Source: Octopus bimaculoides (Eukaryota). Taken from it: a stretch of 63,884 nucleotides of DNA. The notes under the pieces were generated by a model, which had not been told where the DNA came from, made no database searches, and saw nothing but the letters and a program-made list of their open reading frames with translations. The stretch covers positions 2,272,461 through 2,336,344 of the forward strand of contig NC_068999.1 in NCBI RefSeq assembly GCF_001194135.2, given 5' to 3'. This document shows positions 39,366 through 52,534 of this stretch, one piece after another; position 1 is the first letter of the stretch; each line of letters begins with the position of its first letter. The position numbers and the translations under genes were made by a program.

Positions 39366-41034
39366 GGATTTTTGATTTGTCCTCTTCCCTACTTACTGAG
39401 ACTTAAAAACAAAATATTAATTTTTTTAGAGAAAGAATTTATCTAATATAAAAAAAAAACANNNNNNNNNNNNNNNNNNNNNNNNNNNNNNNNNNNNNNN
39501 NNNNNNNNNNNNNNNNNNNNNNNNNNNNNNNNNNNNNNNNNNNNNNNNNNNNNNNNNNNNNNNNNNNNNNNNNNNNNNNNNNNNNNNNNNNNNNNNNNNN
39601 NNNNNNNNNNNNNNNNNNNNNNNNNNNNNNNNNNNNNNNNNNNNNNNNNNNNNNNNNNNNNNNNNNNNNNNNNNNNNNNNNNNNNNNNNNNNNNNNNNNN
39701 NNNNNNNNNNNNNNNNNNNNNNNNNNNNNNNNNNNNNNNNNNNNNNNNNNNNNNNNNNNNNNNNNNNNNNNNNNNNNNNNNNNNNNNNNNNNNNNNNNNN
39801 NNNNNNNNNNNNNNNNNNNNNNNNNNNNNNNNNNNNNNNNNNNNNNNNNNNNNNNNNNNNNNNNNNNNNNNNNNNNNNNNNNNNNNNNNNNNNNNNTTTT
39901 CGGTTTTGGATTTGGATTTTAATGTCGTTTTCTATTCATGTGTACCGTATACACGCGTTCTATACATGTGTAATTATCATCACTGTTGGTAATAAAAATC
40001 AATCAACTATAAAAATGAAAAGAAAAAAGTGCATCTAATTTGCGATCAAATACGACACTGATTTCTGTTCCGTGTTTTTTTTCTTTTTCTCTCAATCTCT
40101 GTTTACTATTTCTCGCCCTGCCCCAACTCCATCAAGATCAACTTATGCTTTTTCACATCTTGATAAGATAAAGAACCAGACAAATACAATACTTGACAGG
40201 CACTTCATTTATTTTATCAATGCTATTTACTAACCCTTCTCTCTCAAATGTTACGACCGAATAATTAAAATAGAAACATTTATCTCTTACTCTCTCTCTC
40301 TCCCTCTCTTTGTCTTCATCTAATATATATACATACGTGTAATAAAGACAAACTGCACATTACACTACTACGACAAAAAACGGTATGTTGCTCTCTTTTT
40401 CCTTCTTTCATGGGAGTTTTTGTCTACACCGTTTCAACTTGCTAAACATAGCAACCGAATCTCCTACAGATTTTCGGAAAAAGAGGGATTTCGGACCATT
40501 CTCTCCACCTGAATTTATTATCACTAATTTCCGTAACTTTTGCATATTTCACTTTTCCTATTTTCATTTTTATATGGGAAACCAACATAAACGTAATTCT
40601 GCAAAATGTCAGGTAAAAATATGCATTTTTCAAAAAGTTATAAAGAAACAAATTGGGTGGGGGGGTGGAGCATCAACTTGTAATTCCGTGTAAAGTAAGC
40701 ATCGATATATCAAGTAGAGATCAAGTGGAGAAAGACGTCTCTGATAAGATTACAACTTATTACAGCTTGCAATGGGAGCATCGTAGATTAGTTTGATTTT
40801 CATTTATATATTCCTTTTTTTTTTTCTTTTAATTTGCCTCATCTGAGAGTCTTTTTTGTGGTGTTTTGTCTTGTTTCAATTAGCAACTTTCAAATTGTAA
40901 GCCTCGATATATCAAGAACTATAAAAGAACGAGGTATGATTAAATTCGTCCATACCACTTGCAACATAAAAACTACATTACGTGTCATAAAGTGATTCGT
41001 TTTTTTTATGTAAAACAATTTTACTTTTTATGTA

Positions 41035-41830
41035 CAGTGTACCCTCCGCTTATTCGCGGTTCGGCATTCGCGAAAACCACCGCATATTCACGGAATCGTG
41101 AATATCCTCTGCGAATTTTTTATGGCATTTTCGTGGCAATATATAGTTTTTCAAACTTTATAAGGTTAAACTAATAATACACCCTTGACAACTGAAGGTC
41201 GCTCTGATTTGAATAGGCGCGCATCATGTCGCTTGAATTTGTTTTAGATACAAGTAAACTTTTATCTTGTACCTCTTAAGATGTTTTTGTAGGGGTTTTT
41301 TTTTCTTTTTTTGGAAAACCTGCATGCAGTAGCTATCTCCGGCATTTTGTTGCGTGCTGTGTTTTTTGTAGCATGTTATTAAAGCCCTAAGATACCGCCC
41401 AAACGCCCTACACCTTCTAAAGCGTCTGGCAGTGAACCCAAGCGCCAGAAAAAGGTTATGACGCTCCATGAAAAGGCACAACTGCTGGATATGTTCCTGG
41501 AAAGTAAAAGTTATGCTGCAGTAGGTCGCCATTATGTTGTCAACGAAAGCACCAAACGCTACATGAAGAAGAACGAGGTGACGATCAGGACTACCGTAGC
41601 GAAAAGTTTCTGGGAAAGTGCCAAAAAAGATAACGATAGTGAGAAATAAGCACTTCGTAATCATGGAATCTGCCTTGGCATTGTGGATCAGTGACTGCAA
41701 GAAAAAGCATCCCCTTGAGGGGTAACATCATCCGTGAGAAAGCACAGAGTTTATGCCGACAGTTCGACAGAGGCTTAAGAGCAGAAGGCACTGAAGAACC
41801 GTCGCCAGAACCAGAACCAAAACCATTGAC
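41035..41830 (+). mobile_element. Tigger/pogo-like DNA transposon 5' fragment (CENP-B-type HTH)
   Basis: TA then left TIR CAGTGTACCCTCCGCTTATTCGCGG. ORF PKRPTPSKASGSEPKRQKKVMTLHEKAQLLDM...YAAVGRHYVVNEST, then MESALALWISDCKKKSIPL..NIIREKAQSL after a frameshift. Confidence 0.88.
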
Positions 41831-41932
41831 AAAACCGTAACAAGTCCTGGGGTTGATTTCTTCTACTAAAACCTTTAAGGTGGTACTCCAGCATGGCCAC
41901 AGTCAAATAACTGAAACTAGTAATGGAATAAA

Positions 41933-41995
<63 letters not shown>

Positions 41996-42182
41996 TACAT
42001 ACATATCTATATGTATGTATCTATCTGTATAAACATGCATACACACACTATTTCTCTCTTGTATATATATATGTGTCTGTCTGTTTGTGTGCATGTGTAC
42101 ACACACACAAATGCACATACATATGCTATATATAAATGTTTCTTTGCTTTTTATTAAATGTAATTTTGTTTTCAGAAACAAG

Positions 42183-45100
42183 ATGTCTGTATCTGTTGCT
42201 CTGAAGAATGTCTGTCAAGGAATTGGTGAAGGACCTCACTGGGAGGAACGTATTAAATCCTTGCTGTTTGTTGATGAAGAATTTGGAGGTTTCTACAAGT
42301 GGAATAGCATTGATAACACACATACCAAGTTTAATGTTGGTATGTATGTTTGTATATCTATCTACATGGGTGAATAGAAAAATTCATAGACTGACTATGA
42401 AGGAGTGATGCTAGAGCTGTGAAATTTTGCATGCAATCATTTCAACCCTTCTTATTAATAATTACATTGTTTCTTTCCAGTTAGACTGACATCTGACTGT
42501 TCAAAGATGACTTCAAAAGTAATTAGTATCGACTTCCTTTGAAAATGGACAAAATTTGGTATTGTAGTATTATCAAGTACCAGAAGAAAAACGGTTTGGC
42601 CCCCAAGGACATTCAAGCTGACATGGTTGATGCTCTGATTTCATGAACGGTGCAATAGTGGACAGCTGAATTTTTAGAGATGAAGGGAGAATTTTGAAGA
42701 TGACCCATGCTCTAGATGTCCTGCAACTGCCACCATCAAGGAAAACATTGATCATGTTCATCACGTGGTGATGGATGACAGGCAATTGATTATAAATCAA
42801 ATAACCAATTCTATTAGTATATTCTATAAGAGAGTTGAGAATATTCTGCACAATGAACTTGGCATGATGAAGGTTTCTATTCAGTGGGTACCACGTCTTC
42901 TGACACCTGATCAAAAGAGCACCAGGCTGGTCACATCATGGGAAAATCTGACATTATTTGAGGCAGATCCAGCTGGTTTCTTTGAACATTTTCTAACTTA
43001 GTAGGAGTGTTGGATTCATCACTTTGATCCAGAGACAATCTTTCAGTGAAAACATTCCTCCTCACCAACTCCAAAGTTGCCATGTCTTCTGGAGTGGAGA
43101 AGATAATCTCAGTTTTTTGGAATGCAAAAAGAATTTTGTTTATTAATTATCTTCAAAAGTGCCACACCATCAATGGAGGGTACTGTGCCAACTTGCTGAG
43201 GCAGTTAAAAAGGGTCAAGTTTCATCAGGACAATGCTCCAGCACACACAAGTCCTTGGTTTTAAAGGTTGCTGTGTGTGATTAGCTTTCAACTGGTTGGT
43301 CAACCCCTATTCACCTGGTTTGGTCCCTACTGTTCCCCAACATGAAAAATCCACTTGGCTGGGAACCAGAATCACTGATGGTGACTTCATATGCACTGTT
43401 GAACTTTTTGAGCAGCACTGTGAAATCTCCTTCACCGATGGGATCCAAGCAAAGCAATGCCAATGGAGAAAGCGTGTGGACTGCAAGATGGACTGTGTTG
43501 AAAAATAAACCTCATCTGGTCACATGCCACGATAATATCTTGGTCAGCCTGTGAACATGGCATGTCACTAATGCTGGTGCCATAAAAAATAACACCCAGT
43601 ATATTCTGTAAAGTGACTGACATTAGCAAGAGCTTCCAGCTGTACAAACTAAAGTAGACATTGGGGCACCATGGGTCCTGTCAGACAATCCAGCCCATGC
43701 CAGCACAGAAGATTGATGTTAAATGGTGTTGATGATGATGGTGATGATCAATATATCATGCTATCATATGATATAGACCTCTTTATTATAAGATTGTGTT
43801 ATATCTTTTACATCACAATATGTTTGTATCTCCTCTTATGTATATTACCAGGTGACAATGTCAGCTTCATCATACCTCGTGAATCTGGTGGTTATCTCGT
43901 ATCATATAAGACCCAACTCGCTGAATTTGACTGGGAGAGTCAACAGATGAAACCATTCCTCAATGTGGAACCAGATAAACCAGGAAATTGCTTCAATGAT
44001 GGTAAATGTGACAGCTCTGGCAGACTTGTGGCAGGTTTGTATTTGTTTTATGTATGAAACTGTCTTTCATAGTTTTTTTTTATTATTTTCAGTGTTGTTG
44101 TTGTTGTTTAACCCCAGGTCATCTCTTACTGGATTGTAACTTCAGAGTTTGATCAGTGACACTGCTCAACGTACCTAACTTCTCACTCTGAAGGTACTAA
44201 CCATTATTCTATCTTGGGCAGTTTTGGTATTTACAATGGCCAGTCTATGAGGTTTCCTGGTGAGAATGAAATCTATCTGCCTTGTGTGTTTGCTAGAATG
44301 GTAGGTGATGAGGTGTCTGGTCACTTTCTGGAAGTGGGTGTTGCAAATTGTTTGATTAGTTCCATGATAGAACTCCAGGAGTCTTGCATCCTCACCATAT
44401 TCATTCTCCTCATGGACATCACAGTAGCCATCGTGTTTTTGGCCACTATGTCCATTAAAGTCACCATTAAAGGCTCTCACAGAAACACTTCTGTTTGTAT
44501 ATTCGTACATACCTTCATGTATGGTGATTGTTCCATTGTCATAGATGCTCAGCATCTTCTGCCATTTCTGACTTTCCACCCATGACCTCTCAGACGACTA
44601 TTCAGTCTTGCCATTTTGTAACTGTGCATATTTCCAGCTGGTTAGGTCTGCACGTGTTGCCACTCTTCCAATTCCACAAGACTGTCAGTGAAACCAATGG
44701 TAGCCATAATTCACACACACACACACACATGTAGATATATATATATCTTGTAAATGCTTTGGGGTGCATTATCATTTTTGTTTCTGAAGTGTTAGGAGAG
44801 TTTCAGTATTAGACCTCTCCATCTAATTTTTTGCTTAACCCCAAGTCAGCTCTGGTCTAGTTCCCCTTTCATTGTCAAGTGTGCATAAATTCTGAAATAA
44901 TAGAATGTAATGTAAAGGAAATTTGGCTGCTATTTCTAGCTGTTAGACTTGTCACTAGATTTCAATGTGGACAGAATAACATACTCTAACTTTTCTCCTT
45001 TTAGGTACAATGAAAATATTCACAGGCACAGCTGAAATGGCTGAAGCTGGACGTCTATATCGAATTGATAAAGATCTCTCGGTCAATGCCATCAAAGACA

Positions 45101-46796
45101 AGATCAATATATCTAATGGTATGGCATGGACAGCAGATGACAAAACCATGTTCTACACCCATTCTCTTCCTAAAAAAGTATTTTCTTATGACTATGACAT
45201 TTCAACCGGAGAAATCTGTAAGTATTGTCAGTTTTANNNNNNNNNNNNNNNNNNNNNNNNNNNNNNNNNNNNNNNNNNNNNNNNNNNNNNNNNNNNNNNN
45301 NNNNNNNNNNNNNNNNNNNNNNNNNNNNNNNNNNNNNNNNNNNNNNNNNNNNNNNNNNNNNNNNNNNNNNNNNNNNNNNNNNNNNNNNNNNNNNNNNNNN
45401 NNNNNNNNNNNNNNNNNNNNNNNNNNNNNNNNNNNNNNNNNNNNNNNNNNNNNNNNNNNNNNNNNNNNNNNNNNNNNNNNNNNNNNNNNNNNNNNNNNNN
45501 NNNNNNNNNNTATTAGTAATTTGTGAGATGTTGGAAAGCTTAACAGAGATTGTCCATGCAATCAGAAGACAAATTTCTTAATAACAGTTTAAAACATGGA
45601 ATCCAAACTAAAATAAATTTAATTAACCCTTCCAATGTTGTCATGGAAATATTCATTTTAACAATAAATATTCTGTTTGCTTCTTTAGCCAGAGAACAAG
45701 TGGTTATTGATTTTGAAGGCAAAGAACTCCACGAGTATGGGATACCAGATGGAATGACAATTGATTTAAATGACAAAATATGGTTAGCTAGCCATTATAG
45801 TAGCAAAGTATTCCAGATTGACCCAGAAACAGGTAGAGAAACTTTATTTCTTTACTCAAAAGCCTTGGTTGATGAGACAATAGAGTTCTCCCTTTCTCCC
45901 TTTCCCTACCAAAAATTCCTGGCAAACCTCCTTCAAATCATATTCTGTTATCCACGCTGTGTCTGGATAAAAGATGAGGTGGTCACAGCTGGACCAGCTC
46001 TGATCGTGGATAGATGTGCCTGATCAGGGCTTATCAACAACTGATAATTCATTCTCATGAAATACTTTGCAAACAACTCATCCATGTGGTGGAAGAAAAG
46101 GACAATTAAGAGCAGCTAATTAAGAGAGAGATTGGTGTACATCAGATGCCTATCATCATCCTCACCACCACTTCTGCCACCACCATCACCACCACTTCTG
46201 CTGCCACTGCCACAGCTGCCATCACTCCCACTGCCACTCATTACTGCCATCATCATCATCATTATTGTCCAAACAAACAAACAAGCAGATCACTTTTGTG
46301 TGCTGCAGATGAAGATGTGTTTGTTAATACCGAAAAGAAAAGGTATTTAGTATGACTGCTAGATGAACTTAGTAGTTGGCCATGTCTACCTTGGATAAAG
46401 ACTTCATATATAAGCACGGATGGCTGAGTGGATAGAAACACAGACTACCAGCAGTGAGATGAGTGGTTCACATCCCAGCACTGGTAACAGATTATGCTTG
46501 TGGCTATGACACTAAACTCCTGTGCCTATGTTTTTCAATTTTGGACAATTCTTTTTTACTTTTACCCATTTTAATAACCATTTTCAGGTAAAATTCTCAG
46601 CTCAGTCAAGTTTCCTACACGTCAAGTCACTTCCTGTTGTTTTGGAGGCCCAAACTATGACGAACTTTATGTGACATCGAGAGCCAATAACTTAACAGAA
46701 AAACAGTTGCAAAATGAAGAGAAACTTGCTGGAAGTGTGTTCAAGGTTACGGAGTTGGGGGCAAAAGGTAAAGCAGCTCCCGTCTTTCAGGGATAG
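42183..46796 (+). CDS. RGN: Regucalcin/SMP-30 family protein, paralog B (301 aa)
   Basis: Exons 42183-42339, 43852-44034, 45005-45217, 45689-45832, 46588-46796 (906 nt, no stops). Motifs [47 protein letters not shown] near 46890. Confidence 0.93.
42395..43556 (+). mobile_element. Decayed mariner element in RGN-B intron 1
   Basis: DRQLIINQIT...ILHNELGMMKVSIQWVPRLLTPDQK, WIHHFDPET, HQDNAPAH. Confidence 0.9.
44175..44560 (-). mobile_element. RTE LINE AP-endonuclease fragment in RGN-B intron 2
   Basis: GDFNGH...RLLEF...ICNTHFQK...ITY...QIDFIL motifs. Confidence 0.85.
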
Positions 46797-47220
46797 TCTA
46801 CACCACTCTCCAGGTATACATTGTAATTTGAACATGACCAGTACTATAATTATATTTTATCAAAGGTATGTTATGTAAAACAATAATGAAATAAATAAAC
46901 GTAAATTAGAATAAATTTGTTTTGCATTCTTTCTCCTTCACGAGTGCATGTGTGGCTGTGTGGAAGATGAACCCTTTGAAATCAAATTGTTTCAGTTTCA
47001 ATCCCATTGCATGTCTTCTGCTACATAACTAGGAGATGACCAATGCATTGTGAGTGGAGATTCATGGACAGGTAATATGCAAAATCTGTTGTACCTGTAG
47101 AGGTGTGTTTACATTTACTCCTCTTAAAAACTGGTTTTGTTGTTTAAGTTCCATAACTTAGTCCAACCCATGCCAGCATGGAATGCGGATGTTAAACGAT
47201 GAAGATGAACTTAGTAGTTT

Positions 47221-47976
47221 CATCATCATCATTGTTTAACGTCCGCTTTCCATGCTAGCATGAGTTGGACAATTTGACTGAGGACTGGTGAAACCAGATG
47301 GCTGCACCAGGCTCTAATCTGATTTGGCAGAGTTTCTACAGCTGGATGCCCTTCCTAACGCCAACCACTCCGAGAATGTAGTGGGTGCTTTTACGTGCCA
47401 CCGGCACGAAGGCCAGTCAGGCGGTACTGGCAATGGCCATGCTCGAAATGGTGTATTTTACGTGCCATCTGCACAAGAGCCAGTCCAGCGGCACTGGCAA
47501 TGATCTCGATTCGAATGTCTTTTCACGTGCCACCGGTACAAGTGCCAGGAAGGCGACGTTGGTAACGATCACACTCAAAAGGTGCTATTTACATGCCACG
47601 AGCACAGAAGCCAGACAGCTGGTGCTCTAGCAACGATCACGCTCGGACGGTGCCATCACAATTTTGCTTTCACTTGCCCAAACAGGTCTTCACAAGCCGA
47701 GTATAGTGTTCAATGAAAGAGATATTGGCATAGGTGCCAGTCGTGAAATTTAGTTCAATTTCAATTTCACTTGCCTCAACAGGTCTTCGCAAGCGGAGTT
47801 TAGTGTCCAATGAAGGAATGGTACGCATAAGTGGGCTGGCTACATCCCTGGCAGAGGCCTTGGATTTAGGTCTCACTTGGCTTGCCGGGTCTTCTCATGC
47901 ACAGCATATTTCCAAAGATCTCGGTCATAAGTCATTGAGATCTTTGGAAGTATGCTGTGCGTGAGAAGACCCGGCA
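47221..47976 (-). mobile_element. RTE-related non-autonomous retroposon with four internal about 66-bp tandem units and a 40-bp foldback end
   Basis: RTE tail (GGATGCCCTTCCTAACGCCAACC; (ATG)n). TTACGTGCCA-type anchors at 47391, 47458, 47523 and 47589. Inverted repeat 47883-47922 / 47937-47976. Confidence 0.8.
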
Positions 47977-49029
47977 TATTTGTATATATATACAACGGGC
48001 TTCTTTCAGTTTCCGTCTACCAAATCCACTCACAAGGCGTTGGTCGGCCCAAGGCTATAGTAGAAGATACTTGCCCAAGGTGCAATGCAGTGGACTGAAC
48101 CCAGATGCATGTGGTTGTAAGTAAGCTACTTACCACACAGNNNNNNNNNNNNNNNNNNNNNNNNNNNNNNNNNNNNNNNNNNNNNNNNNNNNNNNNNNNN
48201 NNNNNNNNNNNNNNNNNNNNNNNNNNNNNNNNNNNNNNNNNNNNNNNNNNNNNNNNNNNNNNNNNNNNNNNNNNNNNNNNNNNNNNNNNNNNNNNNNNNN
48301 NNNNNNNNNNNNNNNNNNNNNNNNNNNNNNNNNNNNNNNNNNNNNNNNNNNNNNNNNNNNNNNNNNNNNNNNNNNNNNNNNNNNNNNNNNNNNNNNNNNN
48401 NNNNNNNNNNNNNNNNNNNNNNNNNNNNNNNNNNNNNNNNNNNNNNNNNNNNNNNNNNNNNNNNNNNNNNNNNNNNNNNNNNNNNNNNACACACACACAC
48501 ACACACACACAAGTGCGCGCGCGTATATATAATTTAGTTTTCTGCAAGGAAGAGAATCCTTGTATTTGGTCAAAAAAAGGTAAGTTGTTCTCTCTTTTTC
48601 TCATTAATCTTCCTTCGTGATCCTTCGAAGGAGTTTCTCTTTATGCAATGTTTCAACTTGCTAGAAATAGCAACCAAATCTCCTTCAAATCACAATTTAT
48701 TGTTATAGAAAAAGCAAGGCTACATTACTTATTGTAAGTCTCAATATATCAAGTATCATAATAGAATAATTGGATTGTCACATCTGGAACGTCTCTGAGG
48801 GCAAGTCTTTTCAATATAGCTTGAAATTTGAGTAAATAACACTATTCTATGGACCTTAGCAGAATTCGTTTTTCGTGTAACAATCTCGTATTTTGCACAT
48901 TCCCTTTGATTAATTCGACCAATCAGAGAACCTTATGCGTTCATTTTGCCTGCTAGAAATAACAACTAGATTTCCTTTGACTTATACTGTACCTATTCAG
49001 AAATGATGGCTAATGCTACATTAGATAAT

Positions 49030-50020
49030 GTAGTATGCAAAATGTAGTTGGCCAACAGATCGCGGTATTTCAGGATTTTGTTCCACTCGGCCGCAGAAGC
49101 TGTGGACCTCGCCCTGACAGCAGCATCCAGGATGTGAGAAGAAGCAAAGGAGTCGCTAACTGTGACATCCCAGACAAGGCACCTGCCTTGCGACCAGGGG
49201 CACAGGGTGATGCCGTCAGGTCTCTTCCCCTCACATCTGGACAATCCAGATGGTTCCAAGATGGAAGGAATGTTTGTCCGGGCCAAGCTCCTCTCGAGTA
49301 TCAGGTTCAGCTCCGTATGACTTGCGAAGCAACCAGCATTCGAATGGCAAGGAAGACCACGGAGCCCTGTGGAGTTGAGGAGCCTGCCACAACGACAGAT
49401 CAAACTCGTGCATACGTCAGCTCCCACTCTGAGGGCAATGGAGACACGAAGTTCGTCCAAGCTGAGTAGGCCACCAACATTAGCCACAGGGATGGCATCA
49501 ATCCAGTCACCTGAGTATTTGGCGATAGCAGACAGTAAGCGGCACCTTGAAAACTGGTCCAACTGGATGAAGAGGGAGTCGAAGGTGGTCTTCGAAATTA
49601 TGTTATCCGAAGCTCTCTGACTCCGACAGTCCTCCACCTTCTCAGGAGAAGACAAGCCTAATTCGCTCCAGTGTTGGAGAGCTTCATCCAACGCCCTGTT
49701 GGAACTGGTCCATGCTGGAGAGGAGAGGCTGTTGCATACCAGGGTGGAGCAGGCGTGGAAGCAGGGGAGAGAGAGGGACGAATACTTAGAAAGACCAAGA
49801 CCTCCAAATCGCTTGGGCAATGCAGCCTGATTGTGGGACGTTGGAAAGAGTCTGACATTGACTAAACATTCGAGTCTCTCTCAAAGATTAGGTTGTCGAA
49901 GCGTTGGAAGCACGATGGAAATTGGTAAAATGGGCTGACTCTGAGTAAATATAGACGCTTAGGAATCGAGAGGTAATTCCTAAGTATGAAAAAGCCTCGA
50001 TGGGATTCGATAGCTTCAAT
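49030..50020 (-). mobile_element. CRE-clade (restriction-like endonuclease) non-LTR retrotransposon 3' remnant
   Basis: LRNYLSIPKRLYLLRVSP; LPKRFGGLGL; SGDWIDAIP...LSLDELRVSIALRVG; decayed zinc knuckle CRCG...PC; RPDGITLCPWSQGRCLVWDVTVSD (PD..D endonuclease motif). Confidence 0.82.
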
Positions 50021-50685
50021 TAGAATTTAATATGCAAAAAAAAAATGTTCGTACACATACATGCCTACATAAATCCCGTATGCTTACACACATCACGCAT
50101 ATCTACAAAATGAAGCGAGTAATTTCTGGAAAATATTGCGATGTGTGTCAGTATGTGTACGATTGTACCAATTCCTTTTATTTTTTCTTCTTATTAAATT
50201 CCTACATAATTATAATCAACACAGTGTAAAAGGTATTTGTATAAAATTTCATTAAAAAATTGCCCATTTTTCTGCATGTTATGGGGAAACAAAGTCGGTG
50301 GGCGGTGAGGCCCAATTATGTAGTTTTTTGAGTAAGTTGATGCTATTTTGAAGGGAGGTAATCCATTCTGGCTTTATATAATTACTTTGACTCGGTCCGT
50401 CACACCCAGTTGTTTTGACGGAGAATTAGTTACTGCAGGAGGTTGTTCAAAAGCTGCAAGGCAGAATTTAAACTACTTGTTCTCTCGCAATTTCTTCGAT
50501 CGCAGAAAACTTCAGGTCGGTAAAGTTTTATCCAACCAGTATCGGTATGGTTTTATCATGTTGTGCCTTATATATTCAAGTAGTGAAGTTCTCTTAGAAC
50601 TTCGGTGCAAGTTATACGTGTGTTTGTTATGCATGCAATGCAGATATGTACTATGTGGCTGCATACGAATTTTTGTGTGTATATC

Positions 50686-51190
50686 TATGGCTGTGTGGTG
50701 AGAAGCTTGCTCTCTCAAGCTCATGGTTTTGAGTCCAGTCACACTGCGTGGCACCTTGGGCAAGTGTCTTCTACTATAGCCTCAGACCGACCAAAACCTT
50801 ATGAGTGGATTTGGTAGACGGAAACTGAAAGAAGCCCGTCGTATATATATATATGAGAAATAATTTCTTGAATTTCACGGATTTGATCACTTTTAGCTGC
50901 AGTGCCTAGATCTTGACTTCTGTATACATTCAAGGTCCCAATCTTGTTAATTATGTGTTTTGGAATATCGATGTTTTATGTGTGTGTGTGTGTGTCCATA
51001 CCATCGCTTGACAACCAATGTTGGCGTGTTACGCCCCCGAAACTTAGCGGTTCGGCAAAAGTATCTGAGAGAATAAATACAAAGAATAAGTCCTGGAGTC
51101 AGTTTATTCGACTAAAACTCCTTAAGTCGAATAAATGGAGTCATTTAACTCCAGCATGGCCGCAGTTAAATGACTGACACAAATAAAAGA
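50686..51190 (+). mobile_element. SINE family 1 copy with extra sequence in the central microsatellite
   Basis: The 5' and 3' halves match the family and are separated by about 130 bp of unrelated sequence. Confidence 0.8.
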
Positions 51191-51439
51191 ATAAAAAAGA
51201 ATATATATCCAGGTAGGCGGACATCAGCAATTGGTAGCACATACAAGTAGGAATTTTTCCGTTTTGAAGGCGATTTTTCAGATTTTTTTTTCACGGTGCC
51301 ATTATGGGAGAATCTTTTTAGCAAGAAAACAAAATTTCGAAAAACTTTTTTTTTTTTTAACGGCAATAGTTAGAGAAATAAATTTATAAATTACTTTTGT
51401 GCGTGTGTAATGGAAAACCAAAGGAAGGTTAACTGAGAA

Positions 51440-51600
51440 GATAGTTTTTGTACGTGGTAAATGCTCAGGTGCTATAAACACTGAAAATGTGCAGAGAACA
51501 GTTTCTGTTACGTTCCAGGGAGGAAAACTACAAGTAGTTGATAGCTTCTGTTACCTTGGGGACCAAGTCAGTAGCGGGGGTGGATGCTCCGAAAGTATAC
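51440..51600 (+). mobile_element. RTE LINE reverse-transcriptase fragment
   Basis: FVRGKCSG...QVVDSFCYLGDQVSSGGGCSES (F.YLG motif). Confidence 0.75.
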
Positions 51601-51780
51601 AAGGGCTTCTTTCAGTTTCTGCTTACCGAATACACTGAACCATTTATATATTACGAAAAAGATAAATAAATAAAACACACCAAGTAAATTAACAATATTT
51701 TTAGTAAGAAATAAAATGGATCTGTTTTTTGTAATTTCTTCTTTTTTTTTTAATTTTTTTTATCTCATTTCAGAAACAAG

Positions 51781-52445
51781 ATGTCTGTGTCTGTTGTCTT
51801 GAAGAATCCCTGTCAAAAAACTGGAGAAGGACCTCATTGGGAGGAAAGTACTAAATCCTTGCTGTTTGTTGATATTGAACCTGGAGGTATACACAAGTGG
51901 AATTCTGTAGACAACACCCACACCAAGTTTAATACTGGTATGTATATATGTATGTGTGTGTGTGTACTTAGTCATGTATGAATGGATGGATTGTGCGACT
52001 AGTTGGATGATTGTATGCTTGTGATGATCAAGCACTATTCATTATCATAGGATATCAATCTCTTATACAATTATCGTATGATATCAATATTTTATTACTT
52101 GATATTAATCCATTTGTCATGTTGTATAATCAAAATATGTGTTTTTAATCGTCTCTTGTATGTTTAATTTACCAGATGGAAAGGTTAGTTTTATCGTTCC
52201 TTCGGAATCTGGTGGTTATATCGTATCCAAAGACACAAAACTTGCTGGTTTTGACTGGGAGAGTCAACAGGTGAAACCATTCATTGATGTTGAACCAGAC
52301 AAACCAAAGAATAGATTCAATGATGGAAAATGTGACAGCTCTGGCAGACTGTGGGCAGGTTTGTATTTCTTTGTTTTACACATGAGACACATATACAATC
52401 AAGAGATGATGCAGATATCTTCTTGATATCCTGTTGCATATTTTG

Positions 52446-52485
<40 letters not shown>

Positions 52486-52495
52486 NNNNNNNNNN

Positions 52496-52534
<39 letters not shown>

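Noticed and set aside
9758-48620. Long ORFs of 150-316 aa containing X runs
   Set aside because: They stay open only because they cross N gaps.
40370-50240. Possible 5' UTR exon donors for RGN-B (about 40383) and RGN-C (about 50233)
   Set aside because: GT-containing motifs alone are not enough without transcript data.
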